Positions 24,466 to 31,294 of a stretch of DNA of 34,168 nucleotides are shown here, in pieces. Source of the stretch: Candidatus Woesearchaeota archaeon. GTDB taxonomy: Archaea > Nanobdellota > Nanobdellia > Woesearchaeales > UBA525. The notes beneath the pieces were generated by a model. It saw only the letters and a list, made by a program, of their open reading frames with translations, made no database searches and had not been told where the DNA came from. Numbering within the stretch: the stretch's first letter is position 1; each line of letters opens with the position of its first letter. Made by a program: the position numbers and the translations under genes. The stretch lies in the NCBI GenBank assembly GCA_037442865.1, contig JBBIPM010000003.1, positions 1 through 34,168 on the forward strand, read 5' to 3'.

Positions 24466-25375
24466 TCACGTAGAACGCCTCGTCGCCGACCGCGAAGGCG
24501 CGGTACGTCCATCGCTTCCGCCGGAGGAGCTTCTCGAACCACGCGCGCCGTTCCCGCGGGATCCGCTTCTTTCCGCCGATCGAGACGGTGGGGAAGCTGA
24601 CGACGAGCCATTCGGCCTTCACCGCGTCGAGGAGCTTCGCCGAGACGTTCCGCTCCGCCGTTTCCAGCGAGTCGAGGAGCTTGAAGAGGAACGCGACGTC
24701 GACCGTCGCCAGCTCAGCGAGCTTCTCATGCTCCGTGACGAGATCCAGCCCGTGCGTCAATCCCCTGACTCGCTTCTTCCTGAAAAACTCCTTGATCTGG
24801 GCGAGCGCCTCGTTCGGCAGGTCGACCGCGATGTAGAGTGGCGTGCAGCCGAGCTGGTCGTAGCTGTACGGGTTGTAGCCGCACCCCAGGTCCAGGATCG
24901 CGCGCGGCTCCCCGGTGAGGGCGAAGATCCGTCGGTAGATCTCCAGGTAGTGCGGCAGCCGTTCCCTACTGCTCTGGTGGAGCGCCAACGCGTCCCGCGC
25001 CTTCGACGTGTCGGCAGCGAGGGTGGCGAGCACCTGCCGCTTTCTCCTCGGCTTCTCGGCGTCGAAGAGGCCGTACACCTTCCGCAGGGATTCCCGCACG
25101 CTCTTCTTCAGCGCGTCGTGCTCCTTGCTCTTCGCGAACGACCCGTAGCTCGTCGCGGCCTCGACCCTCTTCCGGAGCTTCGCGTCTTTCTTCAGCGCCT
25201 CCTCCACCTTCCTCCGGACGACGGCGTCACCGAGGGTGGAGAGTTCGCGCTTCTGCTTCACCGCCGCGACGACGCCGACGATGACTGTTTCCTGCACGGT
25301 TTCTCGTCCCTCTCGTTCTTCCCTCATGCGCCTTTTCTTCGGAGTCCTCTTCGTAGCGATCGTCATGCTCACCAT
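24452..25375 (-). CDS. FmrO/ArmA-RmtB-family 16S rRNA (guanine-N7) methyltransferase homolog
   Basis: 307 aa. From memory of RmtB, these align well: LALHQSSRERLPHYLEIYRRIF...ILDLGCGYNPYSY with LSLHASTKERL...LYDFIF...VLDIACGLNPLAL; DVAFLFKLLDSLE with DLALIFKLLPLLE; VVSFPTVSIGGKKR with AVSFPTRSLGGRGKG; AWFE with AWFE. The start ATG overlaps the pelota stop (ATGGTGA). Confidence 0.75.
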   Translation of the reverse strand: MVSMTIATKRTPKKRRMREEREGRETVQETVIVGVVAAVKQKRELSTLGDAVVRRKVEEALKKDAKLRKRVEAATSYGSFAKSKEHDALKKSVRESLRKVYGLFDAEKPRRKRQVLATLAADTSKARDALALHQSSRERLPHYLEIYRRIFALTGEPRAILDLGCGYNPYSYDQLGCTPLYIAVDLPNEALAQIKEFFRKKRVRGLTHGLDLVTEHEKLAELATVDVAFLFKLLDSLETAERNVSAKLLDAVKAEWLVVSFPTVSIGGKKRIPRERRAWFEKLLRRKRWTYRAFAVGDEAFYVIRKR

Positions 25376-26403
25376 CTCCGTATCGCAACGACGCCGCCAA
25401 GCGGGTCGATCTTCCCCTGGGCCTCCTCCGAGGAGAGGACCCTGATGGCGGCGCGCGCCTCCTCCGCCGCTGCGAGCGTCCGTTCCAGTTCCGCGAACGT
25501 CCCGCGCTCGCGCCGCTTCCTGATCTCCCGCTCCGTCACGATTAGCGTCGCGACGTTCCCGGCCGTGACGGCGTCGGCCACGGCGTCCGCGCCGTACGCC
25601 AGCCGCTCCCCACCGAGCGCAGCTAGCGCCTCCTCGACCGAGAAGAGCTCGCGCATCGTCCGGTTCTCCCGGAGGAGCTTCTCCACTTCAGGGCGGGCGA
25701 GCAGCTCCCTGATCGCGGTCCGTTCCACGGTGCTGATCGTCGTCAGCACCGTCTTCTTCCGCAACGGTGGCGGCAGCTCCTTCTCCAAATACTCCTTCCA
25801 GAAGGCGGGAGCCCCTGCGACGATGTGCGCGTAGCTCCCCCGCGCGTCGTGCGCTTCGAGCGCCGCGACGAGCTCCGCGTAGAAGTTCTTGGCCTCCTTC
25901 TCGTCCTGCGCCTTCTTCCGCACCTTCCCCTTGAGCCGGGTCAGCTCCTCCACGCCGCGCCGCGTCACGCCGTACAGCTTCGCCTCCTCCCGGTCGAAGA
26001 GGAGGACGAGGAGCGCGGCGTCCGCCCGGGTCGCCTCGTCGAGCTTCTCGACGTGGTAGCCGAGCCATCGCCTCTTCACGATCGCGATCTCCTCCCCTGG
26101 TTCGAGAGAGAAGCTGTGATGGTCGCCGCGCGGCACGTCGTCCGGGCCGTCGGTGATGCTCCCCAGGGCGCGGAGCGTGGCGCCGTCGTAGTCGAGCTTC
26201 TCCACGCGGAGCGTCAGGGTCATCCTCCTCCGCGTCACGGCGCTCTTCCCTTCCTGCGCGTTCCCGATCCTCACCTTCCGTTCCGTAGAACCCCTGATTG
26301 CGTCGCCTGGCTCGATGACGCCGTTCAGCGTCCAAAGGTCGTCCGTCGATTCGATCCGGATCCTGATGACGCCGGTCTTCAGATCCTGGTGGAGTATCCG
26401 CAT
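25369..26403 (-). CDS. pelA: pelota (aDom34) mRNA surveillance / ribosome rescue factor
   Basis: 344 aa. The N-terminus (MRILHQDLKTGVIRIRIESTDDLWTLNGVIEPGD) and the eRF1-like domains (YGADAVADAVTAGNVATLIVT) fit pelota. Confidence 0.92.
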   Translation of the reverse strand: MRILHQDLKTGVIRIRIESTDDLWTLNGVIEPGDAIRGSTERKVRIGNAQEGKSAVTRRRMTLTLRVEKLDYDGATLRALGSITDGPDDVPRGDHHSFSLEPGEEIAIVKRRWLGYHVEKLDEATRADAALLVLLFDREEAKLYGVTRRGVEELTRLKGKVRKKAQDEKEAKNFYAELVAALEAHDARGSYAHIVAGAPAFWKEYLEKELPPPLRKKTVLTTISTVERTAIRELLARPEVEKLLRENRTMRELFSVEEALAALGGERLAYGADAVADAVTAGNVATLIVTEREIRKRRERGTFAELERTLAAAEEARAAIRVLSSEEAQGKIDPLGGVVAIRRW

Positions 26404-26504
26404 CAGTCCCCTCTGCCTTCGTTCTTCCCTTCGTTCCCCCCTTTCTTCTCTCTGGTTTCTCTCTGGTTCCGCGTCCTCGGTGTTCGTTGAGACAAAGAGA
26501 AATC

Positions 26505-26516
26505 TTTATATATAAA
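26505..26516. promoter_or_regulatory. perfectly palindromic TATA element TTTATATATAAA between divergent operons
   Basis: The 12-mer is self-complementary. It sits about 26 nt upstream of the + strand ATG at 26535 (leaderless geometry). It is also the only AT-rich element upstream of the minus-strand pelota start at 26403. Confidence 0.55.
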
Positions 26517-26534
26517 TCTTTGTAGGGTCGTCGT

Positions 26535-27737
26535 ATGGTGTCGAGGCGCGGCCAGGAGTTCCGAGCGAGCACGCCGCTCGTCATCCTCCTCGTCGGCGCG
26601 ATCCTGATTCTCTACATTCTCTTCCTGCCTCCGGCGCAGCGCGAAGCGCTCCTCTCCGGTACTGGCGGAGGCGGCGGAGGCGGCTACCTCCCCCCTGGCC
26701 CGGGCCCCGTCGGCGGCGGCGTCGTGCTCATGGACAAGTATGTCGGCACGCTCCTCGCCAAAGGCCCTGACTCGGTGGAGCACGCAATGCCGAGCACCAC
26801 CGTCTTCACCGCGACGAACACCGAGGAGGTGAAGTTCATCGACAGCATGACGGTGAAGAAGAGCGCCTTCTCCTCCCAGGAGGCGTCGCTCACGTTCCGC
26901 GCCGACCCGCGCGTGGCGACGAACTATCTCCTCACCTTCAACGTGGACCAGGCGAACGGCCCCCTGCAGATCCTCCTTAACAGCAAGCCGATCTTCGATC
27001 GCGTCGTCACGACACGGAGCCCCGAACCGATCAAGCTCCCGGCGGAATATCTCCGAGCGGAGAACACGCTCACCTTCCGGGCCGGCGGCTCGGGCTGGCG
27101 TTTCTGGCGGGCGAACAACTACGGGCTGCGGAACATCCTCGTCAGCGCGGACGTGACGAGCTATCAGGGGTCATTTTCCGAGCAGCACTTCACCATCACC
27201 CCTGACGAGCACCAGATGCTCGAGCGCGGCCTCCTCGAGTTCGTGCCGCAGTGCGACCCGCGCCAAACCGGACGGCTCACCGTCACGGTCAACGGCAAGC
27301 TCCTCTACGCCGGCTTCATCGACTGTGGCGTCCTCACCCGGCAGGACGTGGCGCGCGAACTCCTCACCATCGGCGACAACCGTGTCGGCTTCACCTCGAA
27401 CAAGGGGAGCTACACGATCGACCGGCTCAAGCTCGTCTCGCTCCTGAAACGGCAGGAGTACCCAGTCTTCTACTTCAACCTGCCGCCTGACATGTTCCAG
27501 CAGGCGAACGTCTTCGCCGGTCGCGTCGTTCTCACCCTCCGGTTCACCGACGGCAACTCGCTCAAGCGAGGCAGCGTCGTCATCAACGGCTTCACCGACA
27601 CGTTCCAGACGAAGAACTACCACTACCAGGCGACGCTCGACCCGAACATCCTCATCCCCGGCGCGAACTCGGTCCAGATTGCGCCGCAGGGCGAGGCGCT
27701 CCACGTCGCGGAGCTCCGCGTCGAGCTCCTAGGGTGA
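26535..27737 (+). CDS. N-terminally anchored secreted protein with a poly-Gly/Pro linker and three beta-sandwich-like repeats (envelope operon gene A)
   Basis: 400 aa. MVSRRGQEFRASTPLVILLVGAILILYILF anchor, GTGGGGGGGYLPPGPGPVGGG linker, then three modules of about 100 aa sharing the pattern L.F...G.L.I.LN(G/S)....L..G.N.I.F....Y.I..L.V. Confidence 0.8.
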   Translation: MVSRRGQEFRASTPLVILLVGAILILYILFLPPAQREALLSGTGGGGGGGYLPPGPGPVGGGVVLMDKYVGTLLAKGPDSVEHAMPSTTVFTATNTEEVKFIDSMTVKKSAFSSQEASLTFRADPRVATNYLLTFNVDQANGPLQILLNSKPIFDRVVTTRSPEPIKLPAEYLRAENTLTFRAGGSGWRFWRANNYGLRNILVSADVTSYQGSFSEQHFTITPDEHQMLERGLLEFVPQCDPRQTGRLTVTVNGKLLYAGFIDCGVLTRQDVARELLTIGDNRVGFTSNKGSYTIDRLKLVSLLKRQEYPVFYFNLPPDMFQQANVFAGRVVLTLRFTDGNSLKRGSVVINGFTDTFQTKNYHYQATLDPNILIPGANSVQIAPQGEALHVAELRVELLG

Positions 27738-29782
27738 GGAGAAACGATTCTATGGCGGTTGACGGGCGAATAGCGGCGTTGCAGCGGGAACTCGCGAATG
27801 TGGACGTCCTCCTCGTGGACGCCGAAGGAGAGGAGCGAGAAGTCCTGAGCCGGCGGCGAGCGGAGCTCCGTGGCGTGTTGGCGCAGAATCTCAAGGCCGC
27901 TCGCAATTATGCATCCGCAAACGTTTCCGCTTCCTCTGACTCCCACGGCGGGGGCACGATGAAATTCTCTGATTACACGGACCTTCGCGAGCGGATGCTC
28001 GCCGAAGCGAAGGCCGAGAAGGAGGCGGCCGAGGCGAAGACCGCCGAGACGGAAGCTGAGAAGGAGGCGGCCGAGGCGAAGACCGCCGAAGCGAAGGCCG
28101 AGAAGGAGGCGGCCGAGGCGAAGACCGCCGAGACGGAAGCTGAGAAGGAGGCGGCTGACGCGAAACGGAAGGCGCGGGAGGCGGAGAAACCCGGGCTCCT
28201 CCGTCGCGTCGCGGACGGCTACTCCAAGGCGAACACGGGCTTCATGAATGCGCAGGACTCGGTCGCGCGCCGCTACAACGGTCTGAACAAAAAGGGCTTC
28301 ATGAATGCGCAGGACGCGCTGATGAAGCACCCCTACCACCTCTGGCTCTTCGCCTTCGTCGCCCTGCTCATCCACGCGTATGATGCGAGCACGGGCTTCT
28401 CGCGGGGCGCAGGGAACGCCACCCTGATCTTCACCGCCTACGCGCTCTTCGCCGCCTGGGCGATCTTCGTCTACTATAAGAGCAGCTTCACGCGGGAGAG
28501 TCTCCGTTATCTCGGCGTCAGCCTCTTCGCCTTCGCCCTGCCCCTCATCCTGAAAGCGCCGTTCCTCAGGACGAACTCCTACGTCGTCGTCGCCCTGACG
28601 ATCCTCCCCGTCTGGTTCCTCTTCATCGCGTTCCAGAGCGACAATAAGCCGCTCCTGTTCACCGCACGCCTCCTCGTCATCGGCTTCGCCCTCCTCCTCG
28701 TCATCATCGCCGTCGGCACGGTCACCCTCCCCGATTTCGGGATGCGCGGCGTCAACCTCGGCGGCCCCTTCAAGGAGTTCTGGCAGGACGTCCAGGACGC
28801 CTGGGCGAAGATCAAGGAGCGGTTCCGGAACGCCGGGTTCTTCAACGTCAAGGAGTGGCGGCAGCGGATCAACGTGACGTTCAACCCGTACGCGCAGTTC
28901 TACACCGGCCAGGTGGAGGAGAACAAGCAGGAGCCGCAAGGCGTCTTCCTCACCGACGTCAAGAGCCTCTACCCCGTCAACTACGTCGGCAGCCCCATCA
29001 CGCTGATGACCCGGCTCGAGGCGAAGACGTTCCTCGAAGAGCCGGTGAGGGTGACGCCGAGTTGTCGGCTCGAACGGGCAGGGAAAGGCGGCTGGCTCGG
29101 GAAGGCGGAGCCGCGCGGCCCCATCGAGGTGAACAAGCAGCTCACCCGCGATATCCTCTGTACCTTCCAGGGCGAGAACGTCACGGCAGGCACCTACGCC
29201 GGCTTCGTCGGCGCCTCGTTCAACTTCGAGACCTGGGCCTACATCACTAACACGTTCGTCTCGAAGCAGCTCATCGAACAGCACCTCCGCCAAGGGCGCG
29301 ACATCAACACGGAACTGGCCATCCCGAAACGGACCGAGGCGGTCTACACCAACGGACCCGTCGAGATCGGGATCTCCGCCTCGGAGCAGCCTATCGACGT
29401 GACGCTCGAGCCGCTCGACGGCAAGTTCCTCCATCAACGGTTCGGCTTCACCCTGGCGAGCAGGTGGAGCCAGGGGACGCTGCGGAGCGTCGACTCGGTT
29501 GACATCCTCGTCCCAGAGCCGTTTGCCCTCGAAGGATGCGTGCCGCAGCTTGCGGGGAGGATGGCTGAGCAAGGGTTCACGCGCTACACCTTCGACCGCG
29601 CAAAGGTGCAGGTGGATCCGCGCCTCGACTACCGAACCGTGACGTGCGAGCTCGTCCTCCCTGACCGGGCGGCGGCGGAGCGGGTCCTCGCCTTCGGCGA
29701 GAAGACGCCCGCGACGTTCGTCGTCATCGCGCGGTATGTCTACGAGCTCGAGAAACAGCTCCCGGTGAGGGTGAGCGAATGA
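27734..29782 (+). CDS. 5-TM membrane protein with a cytosolic coiled-coil repeat region and a large ectodomain (envelope operon gene B)
   Basis: 682 aa from GTG 27734 (GTGA overlap with gene A). ATG 27752, preceded by GGTGAGGAG, is the likelier start. Five hydrophobic helices lie between about aa 215 and 345. The C-terminal ~330 aa ends ...FVVIARYVYELEKQLPVRV, like genes C-E. Confidence 0.85.
   Translation: MRRNDSMAVDGRIAALQRELANVDVLLVDAEGEEREVLSRRRAELRGVLAQNLKAARNYASANVSASSDSHGGGTMKFSDYTDLRERMLAEAKAEKEAAEAKTAETEAEKEAAEAKTAEAKAEKEAAEAKTAETEAEKEAADAKRKAREAEKPGLLRRVADGYSKANTGFMNAQDSVARRYNGLNKKGFMNAQDALMKHPYHLWLFAFVALLIHAYDASTGFSRGAGNATLIFTAYALFAAWAIFVYYKSSFTRESLRYLGVSLFAFALPLILKAPFLRTNSYVVVALTILPVWFLFIAFQSDNKPLLFTARLLVIGFALLLVIIAVGTVTLPDFGMRGVNLGGPFKEFWQDVQDAWAKIKERFRNAGFFNVKEWRQRINVTFNPYAQFYTGQVEENKQEPQGVFLTDVKSLYPVNYVGSPITLMTRLEAKTFLEEPVRVTPSCRLERAGKGGWLGKAEPRGPIEVNKQLTRDILCTFQGENVTAGTYAGFVGASFNFETWAYITNTFVSKQLIEQHLRQGRDINTELAIPKRTEAVYTNGPVEIGISASEQPIDVTLEPLDGKFLHQRFGFTLASRWSQGTLRSVDSVDILVPEPFALEGCVPQLAGRMAEQGFTRYTFDRAKVQVDPRLDYRTVTCELVLPDRAAAERVLAFGEKTPATFVVIARYVYELEKQLPVRVSE
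28001..28168 (+). repeat. 42-nt tandem repeat x4 (84-nt super-unit x2) encoding AE(A/T)(K/E)AEKEAAEAKT
   Basis: Units at 28001-28042, 28043-28084, 28085-28126 and 28127-28168. Units 1 and 3, and units 2 and 4, are near-identical at the nucleotide level. Confidence 0.93.
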
Positions 29783-31263
29783 GTGCGCATCATTCTTCTT
29801 CGTCGCCGCGCTCCTCGCTCCGACCGTCGTCGACTCTCACCTCCTCGCGCTGCTCCGCTCCCGTCTCCTCGCGCTCTTCCCGTCTCGCTCGCTTCTCATT
29901 CCGCTCGCCTTCCACCCCTTCCGCTCGTTCTTCTCACCCTCGTCCCGACCCGTCGGTTCGACGCGGCTCATCCATGACGATCGCCTCCTTCTTTACCATC
30001 CTCCCGCACCTCGCGCTCCTTTTTCTACTCCTCCTACTCCTTTCTGCCTGCACACCAGGGCCGAGGAGCACCAACTACCGGACAGGGAACGACGGCATCG
30101 TGCTGAGCTTCGAGCGCGGCACGCCGCCGAAAGAGGCGTATGAGGAGATGCGTGTCCCAATCGCGGTCCGGCTCTGGAACAAGGGGGCCCATCCGGTGAA
30201 CTACACCGACATCGTCTTTGCCCTGAAAGGGGACCCGTTCTACGTCGCCATCACCCCTGATCCGCTCCTCGAGCAGGCGCGGAAAGGGGAGATCCCGAAC
30301 TATCAAGGGGAGCGAGAGGATGAATTCCTCATCCTCCTCGGCAAGAGCCCGGGCTACGAGAACGGGAGATGGCTCGACCTCCTCCCTGTGGCGGAGTTCC
30401 TTCCCATCAAGGGGCTCCGCGAGAGCCCGGAGACGCAGCTCTTCGCCTCGGTCTGCTACCCGTACGAGACGCTCTTCTCCGCCGAGGTCTGCGTTGACGC
30501 GAACGCGTTCAACGGGAACGTGCAGCGCCAGGTCTGCAGCGCCCAATCATTGACGGCGTCGAGCCAAGGGGCGCCGGTGGCGGTGACGCTCGTCGAGAAT
30601 AGGCCGAGTCCGCTCCGCGTCGCCATGGAAGGCGGCCGCGGCTACGTCGACATCGTCCAGCCCGTCTTCCTCATCCATCTCCAGAACGTCGGGGACGGCA
30701 CGGTGCTGATGCCCGGACCGGATTCCCGGCGAGAGCTCGACGAGGCGTGCGCCCTCCGCGTCCCACCGGAGCGGCTCAACAAGGTGGCGGTCTCCGCCTC
30801 GCTCAGCGGCCTCAACCTCACTTGCACCCCGTCAGAGGCGATCCTCCGTGACGACAAAGCGTTCTTCTCCTGCGTCTTGCCCCCGGGGGAGGTCCCCTTG
30901 GAGATGCCAAACTACCTCGCCACGCTCGTCGTCAAGGCGCGGTACCTCTACCAGTCCAGGTTAAGCGTGGACGTGGCGATTACGCGGCGTCCAGAAGGGG
31001 TGGCGAGCACCGACCCCACGTTCCGGGAACGCGACCTCGACCCAGGATACATCGACGGCTTCCCGCGCTGCGAGTTCTGCAGCCGCTCCCCCGGTGATTC
31101 ACGCTGCGACTGGCCGGAGAAGACGCGCGGACTCGTCCGGGATGGCGCCTCGTTCGGCTGCACGTGCGGCCAGGAGGAGTGCCTCCGACTCGCCCCGTCC
31201 GGGAAGTGCGTCTACGGCTCGAGCTGGTGCCCGGGCACGAACCAGTGCTGCACGAAGCAATAG
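29779..31263 (+). CDS. lipobox lipoprotein with a Cys-rich C-terminal module (envelope operon gene C)
   Basis: The ATG at 29779 is in an ATGA overlap with gene B, but the first 65 codons are C/T-tract S/P/R-rich. The alternative ATG 29974 gives MTIASFFTILPHLALLFLLLLLLSAC. The mature part is paralogous to genes D and E. Confidence 0.8.
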   Translation: MSAHHSSSSPRSSLRPSSTLTSSRCSAPVSSRSSRLARFSFRSPSTPSARSSHPRPDPSVRRGSSMTIASFFTILPHLALLFLLLLLLSACTPGPRSTNYRTGNDGIVLSFERGTPPKEAYEEMRVPIAVRLWNKGAHPVNYTDIVFALKGDPFYVAITPDPLLEQARKGEIPNYQGEREDEFLILLGKSPGYENGRWLDLLPVAEFLPIKGLRESPETQLFASVCYPYETLFSAEVCVDANAFNGNVQRQVCSAQSLTASSQGAPVAVTLVENRPSPLRVAMEGGRGYVDIVQPVFLIHLQNVGDGTVLMPGPDSRRELDEACALRVPPERLNKVAVSASLSGLNLTCTPSEAILRDDKAFFSCVLPPGEVPLEMPNYLATLVVKARYLYQSRLSVDVAITRRPEGVASTDPTFRERDLDPGYIDGFPRCEFCSRSPGDSRCDWPEKTRGLVRDGASFGCTCGQEECLRLAPSGKCVYGSSWCPGTNQCCTKQ

Positions 31264-31294
31264 TTTTAAAAACCTCCTTATTGGTGATGGTCTC

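Noticed and set aside
19494-25834. Long + strand ORFs antisense to pheT, pheS and the methyltransferase (19494-20522, 21652-23037, 24728-25834)
   Set aside because: Same reasoning: the minus-strand products carry clear family signatures, and the + strand translations are R/E/D/L/P-rich with no motifs.
27623-29572. 649-aa ORF on the minus strand, antisense to envelope gene B
   Set aside because: Its composition (R/L/E/D/G/P-rich, no hydrophobic segments or motifs) is typical of a shadow ORF in high-GC DNA. The + strand product has clear TM helices, repeats and paralogs.
31094-31294. N-terminal 67 codons of tracked ORF 31094-32656
   Set aside because: They overlap the Cys-rich end of gene C in another frame. 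ATG 31295, with its GGTGAT SD after the gene C stop, is the plausible start.
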